Shown here piece by piece: positions 1 through 11,455 of a stretch of 64,000 bases of DNA. Below the pieces are notes generated by a model, which ran no database searches, was not told the origin of the DNA, and saw only the letters and a program-made list of their open reading frames with translations. Source of the DNA: Caecitellus pseudoparvulus (Eukaryota > Protista > Bigyra: Bicosoecida). The stretch lies in NCBI GenBank assembly GCA_965644315.1, contig CBFFRQ010000075.1:51898-115897 (forward strand). The letters run 5' to 3'. The number at the start of each line of letters is the position of its first letter. The first letter of the stretch is position 1. Position numbers and translations under genes: made by a program.

Positions 1-34
1 GCTTCACGCGGCACTCGCGCTGGCCCACCCGCAG

Positions 35-532
35 GAATTCTTCGGGACCCACGCACTCAGTGTCAAGGCACGAGCACCATTCAAAAACCCCATGGCCTCC
101 ATGGATGGCATGAAGACCCAAGTGGCTTTCATGGCCACCAACTACGGCATGGGGTACTGGACACAGGCGTTCTTCTCTGGCTTTGTCCTGGTGCGCATGC
201 CCTTCCCCCTCACCACTCGCTTCAAGCAGATGACGCAGAGCGACCTGGCTCTAGCCACTCTGGACACTTCCTTTGTCTCTTCCCTGTCCTGGTACATGAT
301 TGTGCTGTACGGCATCCGCACCTTGGTCATGCTGGCCATGGGCAACTCTTCCTCCGACGCCATGGACGAGGCCAAGATGATGCAGATGCAGATGGGCATG
401 GGAGCTGGTGCCAGTCCCCAGTGGGACCCAAACTCCGCATACAAGGCGGAGCGCACCAACTACGAGTTGGCGCAGTACACGGACTTGCTGGCGGCGTCGG
501 AGCAGGAGCTGCTGAAGCAGGTGCGAGGGTGA
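35..532 (+). CDS. EMC3: ER membrane protein complex subunit 3 (5'-partial, last exon)
   Basis: FFSGFVLVRMPFPLTTRFKQMTQ...LDTSFVSSLSWY and the C-terminal DPNSAYKAE match EMC3/TMEM111. Acceptor cccgcag ends at 34 and the frame is open from 35 to the stop at 532. Confidence 0.9.
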   Translation, partial: EFFGTHALSVKARAPFKNPMASMDGMKTQVAFMATNYGMGYWTQAFFSGFVLVRMPFPLTTRFKQMTQSDLALATLDTSFVSSLSWYMIVLYGIRTLVMLAMGNSSSDAMDEAKMMQMQMGMGAGASPQWDPNSAYKAERTNYELAQYTDLLAASEQELLKQVRG

Positions 533-677
533 AGGGCTCCTCACACAGCCACTGCAGCAATCCAAAACCATGTGTAGCAGATGCCACACCCCAGGTTGTC
601 GCGCTCTTGCCTGCGGTTGCACCTGCCCCTCCTCGCTTCGGCGGGAGCACGAGTTATTCAAGCCACCAGCAGCTGCC

Positions 678-2226
678 ATGGGCGCGGAGCTGTCCACGGA
701 TGTGAGCGCCATCCCAGAGGAGGAACGCCGAGCTGTGCTCGACATGGACATCAGCATGACAGCCATTGTGAAGCTCCTCTCAGGGCCGCAGCCTGTGAGA
801 AATGTCGTCGCCATCGCCGGTGAGCAGCACTTGCCTCAAGTGATGTGTCTTCAGCACCAAGTTCCGCAAGCTACCCGCTGCCGCCTGCCTCCCCACAGGC
901 GCCGGACTGAGTTGTGCTGCAGGTATTCCAGACTTCCGGTGAGAGTGGTAGCCTGTTGTTGGCATGCCCGGGCTGCAGGCTCGCCCTGCGTCTCTACACG
1001 CCGCCGCCGCCGCCCCCCTTTGTCGCAGCACGCCTGGCACTGGGCTTTATGACAACCTTGAGAAGTACGACCTTCCATACCCCGAGGCAGTGTTTGATAT
1101 TGCCTTCTTCAAGAAGCAGCCCAGGCCCTTCTTTGAGCTCGCACGGGCCATCCACCCAGGCGGCGCGAATCTAAAGCCCACTCTGGCGCACTACTTCCTG
1201 GCTCTGCTGCACCGGCGCGGGCAACTGCGCCGCATGTACACGCAGAACATCGACACGCTGGAGCGGCGGGCAGGTATGCCTCCTGACGTGTTGGTGGAGG
1301 CGCACGGCAGCTTCGCCAGTGGCACCTGCCTGTCTTGCGGGGCCCACGCGAGTGGGGAGGAGGTGCAGGCCAGCATCTTTTGCGACGTCCACGAGGCGGT
1401 GGACATCGTGCCGCGCTGCTCAGCATGTGGCACTGGAGTGGTGAAGCCGGACATCGTCTTCTTCGGGGAGGACCTTCCTGAGCGCTTCCACGCGCTTGCC
1501 CGGGCAGACATGCAGGCGGCTGACTTGGTGCTGGTGCTGGGCTCCAGCTTGCAAGTCATGCCCATGTCCGACCTGCACCGGCAAGCCTCTCCCACCTGCC
1601 CCCGGGTGCTCATCAACCGGGAGCCGGCAGGGGAGGAGGTGGTGGTGGATGATGCCACCCTTGAGAGCCTGTCCCCTGCCCAAGTGGCCCGCATCTTGCA
1701 CGGGCACAGCCAGGGCGGCTTCCGTTTCAAGGCGGCTGACAACTACCGTGACGTGTTCTTGCAGGGGGACTGTGATGACACCGTGCGGGCACTCGCTGAC
1801 GCCTGTGGGTGGCTGCCAGACCTGCTGGAACTGGAGGCAGCCGGCAACGCAGCGCTGGACGCAGCAGCCGCCGCCAAGGCGGGGAAACTGGACTCCACGC
1901 CAGCCCCCCAAGGTGCGGCATTGCCAGGCGATGCACCGGCGCCACCCAGCGAAGCTGCTGGCAGTGGACAGGACGGGGCGGCCACGCCCAGTAGCGCGCC
2001 ACGTGAGCCGTACTACACGGGCCTGCTAGGTGAGGTGCAGGGCGGCGCCCGGCAGGCGGCAGAGGGCAGCGCCACTGCGCCTGCCGGCAGCGAGGCGCGG
2101 GAGGTGGAGGTGTCGGCGGCTGTGCAGGAGGTGGAGGGCATGTGGAGCCGGAGTGCGGGAGGGGCGGGGGGCATTCTGCAGGATGCCCTGGAGGCTGTGG
2201 GGGGAGATGTCGACGAAGAGCCGTGA
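678..2226 (+). CDS. SIRT2: NAD-dependent deacylase, class I sirtuin (SIRT2/Hst2-like); introns 820-898 and 939-1028
   Basis: Splicing the two GT-AG introns rebuilds [24 protein letters not shown]. Also YTQNIDTLE, EAHGSF, a CxxC...CxxC Zn site, KPDIVFFGE and LINRE. Confidence 0.9.
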
Positions 2227-2369
2227 AGTCCCAGCCACAGGCGCAGCACGCCGCCCCCCAGCAGCACGCAGTGCTAACCAGGCAAGACGCAGCAAATCCC
2301 ATCCGCCAAGCCAGCAGCACTGTGTAGATGGCTGTGGTACGGGCAGGGGAGTGAGTGGGGGGCAGCAAC

Positions 2370-3369
2370 ATGGCAGCAGCTGCCGAGACAGGGCAATCTG
2401 GCCGTACCTGCACCTTTGTCGTCATTCGCCATGGACAGACGGTGGGTGCTCCATGCGGAAATCGCTCTTGCATGCCGGCAAGTTTCCCGGCGTTTGCTCC
2501 CTCCTCAGGGCTGGAACGCGGCCAAGCAGCTGCAAGGCTTTGTGAATTCATCCCTCACGTTGACTGGCAAAGAACAAGCAGCGAGTGCTGGCGCCTTTGT
2601 TGCAGAGCAGTACCCGACCCTGACCAAGGTCTACTCGTCAGACTTGAAGCGTGCCGCCGACACGGCTGCCGCCGTCGCTAGCGCATGCGGAGTGGAGCGG
2701 CCGACGTTGGACAGCCGTCTGCGAGAAGTGAACTTGGGCTGTGTCCAGGGCCAAAGCTGGGTGCAAGTGCAGGAGCAGCTGGACCCGGCGGTGGACGCGT
2801 TTCACCAGGACTGCCGCGTGCCCATTCCGGGCGGTGAGAGCAACGTGGCCAAGTACGCCCGCATCACGGCAGCCTTGGCGGACATTGCGCGGGCACATGC
2901 TGGGGAGACGGTGGCAGTGGTGGCCCACGGCGGGGTCGTGCGAGACATTCAGCGCGCGGCACTGGGCAAGCCCCTCCACCAGCACATCACCGGCCGCATC
3001 CCCAATGCCTGCATCAGCGAGTTCTCGCTGGAGCCTCATGCCGAGCCAAAGTGCATGCCAGTGAAAGACCCCGTCACGTACAGTGACGTGGTGCCCCATG
3101 GTGTGGCCATGTGCAGGCAGGCGTACGCTGCGAGGGGGCATGTGCAGCCCACAGACACGGGCAATGCCCGCGTGCACGGTGTGTATGTGCTGGCCCCCAC
3201 GCCAGCCCTGGAGGCGGTGGTGATCCCACTCAGTGCAGAGCAGATGACAGCGGAGGGGGGGGGCAGTGAGGCAGGCGCGGCAGTGGTGGAGCACAGCGCC
3301 CTGGCTCGGCTGGGAGCCTTCACCTGCGTCTCCTTCGGCTTGACGAAGCACTTGGTCACGGTCACCTGA
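2370..3369 (+). CDS. Histidine phosphatase / phosphoglycerate mutase-like protein; intron 2442-2508
   Basis: Spliced VIRHGQT-GWN...LQG, plus YSSDLKRAADTA, LREVNLG, GGES, VVAHGG and IPNACIS. Confidence 0.85.
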
Positions 3370-3525
3370 CGCGCACTGCAGAGTCCGATCACCAGCCCGG
3401 GGCCCGGCCCAAAACACGCGCTGCGCCCAGGCTGTGACTACCTGCTTTGAGGGCGCTGTCTGGCTGAATGCATCTCTTGGCCCGCCCAGAGCCCTCTTGA
3501 GCAGACGGCATCCGCGTCGCATGCA

Positions 3526-6500
3526 GTGCCTGGACATCGCCAGGTCCACACGGGCTGCGAGGCCGCGCAAGGCGCAGCACGTGCCATGGAGGCTGGGGTG
3601 GAGGCAGTACAGGAGCTGTTGCAAGTATCCCAATCGACGACGGCCCTTCCCCTCCTGCAGCAACATGGCGGGGCTGTGTGTGGCTCTTCGCCCACGTCGC
3701 AGCGACACACACTTTCACTGTCTCAAGGGGCACCCGCCAGGCAGCAGGTCATCACGCCCATGCACGCCTCACACATGATGCACCGCCAAGCGGCAGCTGC
3801 CGCTGCAAAGGCTGCGTTGGAAGGTCGCCAGGCCCAGCGCAGGGCCCGGTTTCCCGTCACGGCTCGGTTACTGGAGCGGCAGCGACAGGCAAAGGCGGCC
3901 AAGCCCGAGCCGCGCCGCACAGGCCGCCATGGCGCTGAGTTGAAGCCCTCTGCCTCAGCCAGCTCACTGGGGCATATGGAGTCTGCACGCCCCCGGCGCC
4001 AACCCCGCAGGCGACCTGCACCTGACCTGCACCCGTACTCCCCTCTGTCCCGGCGGCAGGCCTCCCGACAACGCGCGCGTGCCCTTGCATCGCGTGACGC
4101 TCGCAGACAACCTGCAGCGCGTGATGCAGCACAGTCACACGCGGAGGCTGACACGGCTGCACCGGCCCGACCGCGGCAGGTTGAAAGGCGCGGGACCGAG
4201 GGCACTCGCCTTCCCCCCTCCGCGCCTCGGGCACTGCTGGGCTTCCAGCGCACCCTTAGTCGAGCTCTACAAGGACCCTGCCTGCCATCTTTCGCGCCTT
4301 CCTCCTCTGCTCCCTCCCCCCTGCGGGGCAGCGTGCGCAGCAAGGGGCTGGACGACCCGGCAGGCTCCGTGGTGGGCGGGTTCACGCCGCACATGGCTCT
4401 GGGCAGCGCCATCGCCCAGCGGGAGTGGCGGGCTGCCCACCACGGACCACGTGGCACAGCACCCCATGACGCAGAGGAGTCACACCCCGCCCGCCCAGAT
4501 CCGCCGCAGGCCGAGGAAGCAGGCGAGGACGCCACACCCCGCCTGGCGTCGCCCGTCGCTGGCCGCACACCTGCGTGCTGGGGGGGTGACTGGGACGAGG
4601 CGGCGCACACAGACGCCGCCACTACACCCTCCCCTTCGCGCCGAAAGCTGGGTGTGCACAGGTTCGCCTTGCGCGTGTCGCACTCCGCCCAGAGCCTGCG
4701 CAGTGCCGTGGCAGGGGCGAGGGAGAGCCGGGCGGTGTGGGGCACCCCTGCCTCCCACGGCAAGCGCAGAGCCAGCCCAGGCTGGAGCCTGCCACGCACC
4801 GCACTAGCGAGTACAAGGAGCACAGCCCGCTCCTCCCCGACAAGTGGGTGGAGTGCCTTGCCCCGTGACGTGCCGAGGCGCCTGCCAGTGGCGACGCCTG
4901 TCCGCAGGCGGCGTGGCACGGACTGCGCTCCCTCGACAGAGGAGGCCACCTGCCAGCCCCACACACACCTGGACTCACCCACCAGTGCACGAAGTAGGAG
5001 TGCTGAGGATGTGCACGCCTGTCCGTCTGACCCTGCCGCGTTGGACTGTTTCCTGGCCAAACTCTCCGTCCCCGCTCTGGAGGCCGCTGCCGGCGAACTG
5101 CCGACGCTGCCGACGCCAGGCGCTGACGTGGCCGATGGCATGCCCGGCAGCTGCCGCATCTCCCTGCACAGCCAAGGCACCAAGCGCTTCGTGGCAGACG
5201 TGGATGCTCTGCAGCGCCCCAGCACCGCGAGCTTGGAGGCGCTCAAGCGCGGCGCAGGCGAGCTTGCACGCACCGCCAGTACCACGGCACTGCTCCGTGT
5301 GCAGCCGCCTGCCAACAGCGACGAAGGGTACAGGCGCTCCCTCATTAGCCACATCCTTGCACACAGGACGGGCAGGCAGGTGGAGGAGGCGTTGGCGGTG
5401 GTGCAGCGGCAGGGAGATGACCGAGTGGTACCGTCCCCCTTCACTCACCCGGCGGCAGAGGCGGCTCTCAGAGCGCACGATGAGCACGCAGAGGCGCGGG
5501 CACGTGCCAGGGCCCGTTGGACTCTGCTGCGGTGGGTGGTGCTGGGGGAGAGTGCGTGGCGTGAGGCGAGGGAGGCAGCCCTGGCAGACCTGGCTCGGGA
5601 CATCGCCCAGGCTGTGGCGGCGGCGGCCGCAGGCAGTGCGGGCGTGCGCAGCGACCTAAGCGAGTCTGACAGCAAGGCCGGGCTGTTGGATGCGGGGTTC
5701 AACGTGCATGCGGCGGACATCGCCCGCCTGGTGCGCCACCCCCTCCTCCTGGACCGCATGCGGGACGTGCTGGGGGATGCAGGGCGGGACCTGACCCCTG
5801 CCCAGGCACGGGCGCGCCTGGTCCAGGCACTGCACATTAGCCTGGTGCAGGGAGAACTGCCCTCCGTGCGGGAAGCCACCACCCTGGGCGAGCCGAGGGT
5901 GACACCCGCCCGCCCCAAGCGAGACGCACGTGGACGTCGCCAGGCCACCGCGCAGCAGCGCCCCACCCACCCAGACGCCATTCCCACACCACAGGTCCTG
6001 ATGCAGCGCAGTGTAGATGGGCATGGCCGTGCGTATCCCCCCCACCCGTCCATGATGGTGCAAGCCCACAGACTGCAGCGCCTGGGGTTCCCCGACTCGG
6101 ACGCCTTCGACGGGGCGTGGTCCCGGGCCATGCAGCGCTCCACACACGGCGGTGCAGGCAGTGCCATCACCTTTCACTCCGCCATGAGCAGTCTGGAGGC
6201 GCTGCAGGGCTGTGACGTGGGGGACCTGCCGGCGCACCTGCCAAGGCTGCGTCGGCGCGTGGGGCTGCCACCCTTCGCCCGTGTCACCACCATGCACAGG
6301 GCGGCGGCAGAGGCAGGTATTGGCGTGGCGCCTGCGCTGGAAGGTGGGCCACGCCGCCAGCATGACGCCGAAGTGCTTGCCCGCCGCACTATAGCCCTGC
6401 TGCTGGGCCGGGCGGGCCAGGACATCAGCTACGAACTGCGCGCCGGCGGCGGCAGCCTGCCCACCAACGACACGGTGCAGGGGGGGGTGCGCCTGACGCG

Positions 6501-6678
6501 GGAGCCCTACACCCTGCGAGCAGCCGTGTCCGCCGCCGCCGCCGCCGCCCCTCTTGGAGCTGAGAAGGTGGCGCCCAGTGGCGTGCGGAACGAAGGCGCC
6601 GGCCTGGCCGCCCTGCGCGACGTGGAAGCTGCATTGTGGTGGGCTGCACAGCAGAGCAGGGCGCCACAGGGACCCTGA
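3526..6678 (+). CDS. Hypothetical low-complexity Ala/Arg/Pro-rich protein (about 1050 aa)
   Basis: Longest ORF filling the gap between neighbouring genes. No recognisable domain and the start is uncertain. Confidence 0.5.
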   Translation: MPGHRQVHTGCEAAQGAARAMEAGVEAVQELLQVSQSTTALPLLQQHGGAVCGSSPTSQRHTLSLSQGAPARQQVITPMHASHMMHRQAAAAAAKAALEGRQAQRRARFPVTARLLERQRQAKAAKPEPRRTGRHGAELKPSASASSLGHMESARPRRQPRRRPAPDLHPYSPLSRRQASRQRARALASRDARRQPAARDAAQSHAEADTAAPARPRQVERRGTEGTRLPPSAPRALLGFQRTLSRALQGPCLPSFAPSSSAPSPLRGSVRSKGLDDPAGSVVGGFTPHMALGSAIAQREWRAAHHGPRGTAPHDAEESHPARPDPPQAEEAGEDATPRLASPVAGRTPACWGGDWDEAAHTDAATTPSPSRRKLGVHRFALRVSHSAQSLRSAVAGARESRAVWGTPASHGKRRASPGWSLPRTALASTRSTARSSPTSGWSALPRDVPRRLPVATPVRRRRGTDCAPSTEEATCQPHTHLDSPTSARSRSAEDVHACPSDPAALDCFLAKLSVPALEAAAGELPTLPTPGADVADGMPGSCRISLHSQGTKRFVADVDALQRPSTASLEALKRGAGELARTASTTALLRVQPPANSDEGYRRSLISHILAHRTGRQVEEALAVVQRQGDDRVVPSPFTHPAAEAALRAHDEHAEARARARARWTLLRWVVLGESAWREAREAALADLARDIAQAVAAAAAGSAGVRSDLSESDSKAGLLDAGFNVHAADIARLVRHPLLLDRMRDVLGDAGRDLTPAQARARLVQALHISLVQGELPSVREATTLGEPRVTPARPKRDARGRRQATAQQRPTHPDAIPTPQVLMQRSVDGHGRAYPPHPSMMVQAHRLQRLGFPDSDAFDGAWSRAMQRSTHGGAGSAITFHSAMSSLEALQGCDVGDLPAHLPRLRRRVGLPPFARVTTMHRAAAEAGIGVAPALEGGPRRQHDAEVLARRTIALLLGRAGQDISYELRAGGGSLPTNDTVQGGVRLTREPYTLRAAVSAAAAAAPLGAEKVAPSGVRNEGAGLAALRDVEAALWWAAQQSRAPQGP

Positions 6679-6682
6679 GCCT

Positions 6683-8084
6683 TCATGCCCGGCGCCCCAT
6701 GTGCTGGATGTGGGTGTACTGCAGGCGGGCCAGCACGATGAGGAAGGGCAGGTGGGCCCTGGACACCTTCAGCACTCGGCCGCCACCACCGGGCAGCACG
6801 GGGACGTCTGTGGAGAGGGGGCGCGGCAGCAGGACGCTGTCGGGGCTCTCCGTCGTGTCACTGCGTGGGGACTCTGAGCCTTCGTCTGAGCATGGCGAGG
6901 GGCAGGGCGAGGGGCCACTGCATGCGCCAGCTCGCCCCGCCACCCTGGGAAGGGCCTTGCCTGGCATGCGGCTGCCGGTGTGCAGGGCAGCGCCCCGGCT
7001 CCACGCAGCAAAGGGCGCGCTGTCAGTGAGGTCCAGGTCTTCAGGCTCCCCCGTCCCTCCACTGGAGCTGTCGTCCCCACCTGCCTCCTCGGCAGGGTCG
7101 GGGTCTCCGTCCGTGAGGGGCGACTCGGCGCAGCGGCGCTTGGGGGCGGGGCTGGCAGGACCTGGGCAGCGCCCGCGCTTGGTGCCACGAGTTCCCGGCT
7201 GCCCCTTGTCTGCTGTCTCTTGCAGCCGAGAGATGAGGTTCAGCACGTGCATATATGCGTCAACCGCCAGTGTGTAAAGTGCTTGTTGAGAGGCCACGCC
7301 GGTCGATGCAGAGAGGCTGCGGGCCAAGTCGAGCTCTGTACGAATGCTGCGGTCAATGAAAAACTCTTGGCACAAGCTGTCCACTGCAGCAGACACCTGC
7401 GCAAGGGGTGCGTGTGTGTGGTGACGAGTGCTGTGCGGTTTTTGCAGCAGGCAAGTGCGTCGTCTTTCCCCACAGCATCTGCTGGGAAATTGTTCACCAG
7501 GGCGGAAACCGCAGGGCACTCACGGGTTTCAGACCATCATGGCTCTTGGTGCATGCAGAGAAAGACACACTCGGCAGAGGCTTGGGTCGCTTCCGCAGCG
7601 CAGGCCTCACGAGAGGAACTGGCTGCGCAAGGGGTGCTGGAGAGAAAGCGGGACCTGCGAGGGTGGGCAGGGCAGCGCACAATGGGGGGCATGTGGTTGG
7701 GAACGACCCATGTGCACCTTCGCGTGCTAGCATTCCCTATGAGCCCAGCCCGAGGCGAGCGCAGGAGGCGAAGGGACGAGGTGTGCGGAACTTGTGCTCT
7801 GCCAGGCACGCACCCTCGCACCAAGTGCTTGAAGGCGCAGAACTCGGGCAATGCAGGTGCAGCGGGGGTGTGAGTGGGTCCCCTTCAGTCTCTGAGTCGA
7901 AAGGCAGCCGCAGTTCCGTCGAGAGCAGGTGGGAGGCCTGCAGCTGCTTGCAAACCTCGCCGAACGGACTGGGCGTGGTGGGGTGAGGATCTGGGGAAAC
8001 GCCGAAGCGCTCCGGCGCGTGCGCGCATGTCGGCGCAGCACCAGCACAAAGAGGTTGACACGCTGCAGTGGGGGGGGTCGACAT
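6683..8084 (-). CDS. Hypothetical spliced protein; 5' exons uncertain
   Basis: Exon ...KRPKPLPSVSFSACTKSHDGLKP ends at a gtgagt donor (about 7522). Acceptor ttgcgcag (about 7397) joins in frame to VSAAVDSLCQEFF. Stop at 6683. Confidence 0.4.
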
Positions 8085-8192
8085 AGTGACACTGCGGCCA
8101 AAATGAGCCTGTTGGCCAGGAGCGTGTCGAGTGCGCGAGGTGTGGAAGGTTTGTTGGGTGTTGTGGAATGGCATGAATTGTTGCGGGTGCCC

Positions 8193-11100
8193 ATGCTCCA
8201 ACGCGACGGCACGCCCAGCTCGGCTGGGCGCCCAGACACGCCGCCCGCGACAAAGCTTGGGCGCGATGACGAACCGCCGCAGTGGTGCTGGATTGACCGG
8301 GCCTTCCTGACGGGTGCTGCCTGTGTCTACATTGCCGCCTTCCTCTCCTACGCAAGCCAAGTGCATGGCTTGTACGGGTGAGTGGCTGCCGATTTCCGCA
8401 TGCCAGACTGCTTTTTCCCCCTGCAGCTGCCCCCCCTGGGCTGAGCCGCACGCAGGCCAGATGGGATCCTTCCTGTAGATGCCATAAGTGCAGAAGGCAG
8501 CAGTGCAGATGCCGCTGCTCGCATGCTTGGGCTGCCGCTACACCAACTCCTGTGCGCGGCGTGCGTCGTCACTGCTGGTCTGCTAGCTGCAGCCGTTGCT
8601 CAGCGCTGGCTGTGCTGGCCGCTGTTCATGGCCGCCTTCGTCGTGTACTCGCATGTCGTGCACCATGGCCACACCTTCCTGACCTTCCAGTGGGAGATCT
8701 TGCTCCTGGAGACCGGCTTCATCGTGCCGTGGATGGCGCCCTGGCTGCCAGGCGGGCGCCCGCCCAGCCCCACCAGGAGTGCAGCTTGCCACTGGCTCCT
8801 TCGCTTCGCCATGTTCAAGCTCATGTTCATGAGTGGCGTGGTGAAGCTCACTGCCAACTGCCCCACCTGGACCGCCCTCACCGCCACCGTGTACCACTTC
8901 GCCACCCAGCCCTTACCGGCTGGCGCCGCCGCTCTGGCCAGGCACATGCCCCTGTGGCTGCACCGGCTGAGTGTGGCAGTGACGCTGTGGCTGGAAATTC
9001 CAGGGGCCGTGTTACTCATGGTGCCTGAGTCGAGCGTGGCCACAGTGGCTGTGCTGGGGCAGCTGGCGCTGCAGGTGCTCATCGCAAGCACGGGCAACTA
9101 CACGTACTTCAACTGGCTCACCGCCCTCCTCGCACTGAACGCCCTCCCGCGCCAGCATGCACGGCTTCCCAGCGCACTGCGCTGGCTCTGTGTGGGGGCT
9201 TGCACTCTCTTCAGCGTCCTGAGTGCCCTGCACATGTTCCAGTGGGGGTGGGTGCAGAGCACGCACGGCACGCCAACTCTGCTCATGCGCGTGTCGCCCA
9301 GGTGGCAAGGGCAGGCCCTGGGCGCCCTGCTGGACGCCTGGCTCCTCCCTCTCCTCGCTGCTGCGGCTGCCGTCACCGTGCTGGGCGTCGCTGTGGCGGC
9401 TGTGCAGCACGCCAGGCAAGCCGCTTCCAAGCCTGCCTCCACCGGCTTGGCCAGAGCTGAGCGGGTCGTGCGTTGGGCATGTGCTGTGGGCGTCGCAGTG
9501 TGGTTGCTCATGACTGTGCTCCCAGCCTCCCTGCTCACTGCAGCCTCCCTGCACCAACCTTCAGCCGCGCGCCTGCCTGCTTGGGTGCGCGAGCGGGCAG
9601 GCGGTCCCTTGCGGTGGCGCGTGGCGTCAGGGTACGGACTGTTCCGGCGCATGACTGGTGTGGGCACGCCGCCTGCGACAGTGCAAGAGGGCCTGGCACG
9701 CCGGGAGCGCCAAGTGTGGGCCGCACTGGAGGCCCACGAGGCCACTGAGCGCCGGGCCAGTCTCTGGCGCCAGTGGTTGACGTGGGAAGGCGTGGCGGAG
9801 CTGCTGGACGCCCCTGCGCAGCGGCTCACAGACAGCATGCATGCAGTTTCGTGGGCCCACCCGGACACGGCAGCACGAGTCGTTGAGCTGCCTGAGCCCA
9901 GTGCGGCTGAGGCAGCGTGGCTGACCGGGGAGGGTCTCCCCGAGCCCCTGCCGGCCAGGCCCGAGCTGCAGTGGCAAGGCCAGGCAGACGGCACATGGCG
10001 AGACGTGCACCTTGCATTCAAACCAGGCAACGTCTCATGCCCCATGCCGTGGGTTGCGCCTCACCAGCCTCGTCTGGATTGGCAGATGTGGTTCGCGGCA
10101 CTGGGACCCTATTCACACGCTCCTTGGGCGGTGCACTTTGCCTTCAAGCTGCTGCAGGGCTCCCCTGATGTCATGCAGCTGGTGGCGAGCCCCACCCATG
10201 ACCCATGCGCATACGGCCACTGGCCCTTTGGCTGGAAGGCACGCCCGGCATCTGTTGAAGCAGCAGCACAGCAGCAGGTGGTGCCGCCCGATGCAGGGTG
10301 GAGTGACGTGGTCTCGCGTTGGCGCAGCTGGGCACTGCCGCCAGTGGAAGCCGTGCTGCCGCCCACCCCACAAACACCGAGCTTGCTGCGGGTGCAGATG
10401 TTTGAGTACGACCTCCCTCGCCCGGCGCTCGCCCGGGTCGTGCAGGAGTGGGCCGGCGGCGAGGCGACGCCGCCCTTCGCACAGCACTCGCAGCCTGCAG
10501 CTTTTCATAATGCGACGTGGCTGCGCAGGGAAGTGCGCGAATGGCTGCCCGAGCTGCACGTGTCCAACCCTTCCCTGGTGCGCTTCGCGTCAGACGTGCT
10601 GGGCATGCCCCCCCCCTCCCGCGAGGCTGCTGCCCGCCGAGCAGCTGCAGAGGCGACCTGTACCGGCACCACTGCCAGCACAAACGAGCAGTCAGTGTTG
10701 CTGACGACGCCATGGACGTCTGCAGCGATGCAGGCGCTGCAGTGGCCTGGCCTTCACTCGCAGCCGCAGTGGTGGCTGGTGGACCTGTGGCTGCCGCTGG
10801 ATGGCGGCAGTGGCTGGCAGGCAGACTTGCTGCCGTTCGCTCCGCCGCTGCAAATGCCAGTCATCGCGCCAGTGTGGGGCGTGTGGCAGACGACTGGTTG
10901 CAGCCAGGGTGCTTGCTTCGTGGCCCACGGCGCCTCCCCTCTGCTCACCTTCCTCTCATCCTGGCTGTGTGGTGTCACGGCTTGGTGGCGGGCGCTGGGG
11001 CGGTGGCACCCTGAGCCGTTCCCGCCTGGACCGCCACAGCTCCCCTGTGAAACGATGGCCTGCACGCTCATGCACAACCTGCAGACGGCCAATTGGCACC

Positions 11101-11234
11101 TCGCCGCGGCCGTCGTGCACATGCAGCGGCTGGCCGTGGTGGGCCCACTGGCCGCCGCGGCCTACCTCTTGGCAACGTGGAAGGGGGGCCTGCAGGACGC
11201 CCCGAGGCTGGGAGGCCAGGCGAGGAGGGTATAA
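8193..11234 (+). CDS. LMF2: Lipase maturation factor (LMF2-like); intron 8378-8455
   Basis: Spliced QVHGLYGPDGILP, plus FQWEILLLETGF, FKLMFMSGVVKL, HFATQPLP, TGNYTYFN, GYGLFRRMTG and PHQPRLDWQMWFAAL. Confidence 0.9.
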
Positions 11235-11455
11235 TTCACACACCAAGGGCTGTCGGGTATGCCTTGTAGACTGCAGGAGCCCCGCCAGCGCTGCCTGTCG
11301 CCACGCTCATCTCCAGCAGCGCCGCACAGCCGGGCAGAGAGCGGGAGGTTGGCAACCTCCACCCTGCCACCTGCCACGAGGCACAGGTGCCCAGCCGACG
11401 TCAACCCCTCTACCCAGCTTAGGTGCCAGCCCGTGCCACACGCTCCACCAACAGC

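Noticed and set aside
3723-5444. Long antisense or alternate-frame ORFs (also 14883-16529, 24778-26811, 35640-37277, 44818-46347, 53164-54666)
   Set aside because: Expected shadows of GC-rich coding sequence, with few stop codons and no independent motifs.
7537-7539. In-frame TGA between Cys-rich minus-strand segments (possible selenocysteine)
   Set aside because: A different frame with a canonical gtgagt donor explains the exon, and I saw no SECIS.
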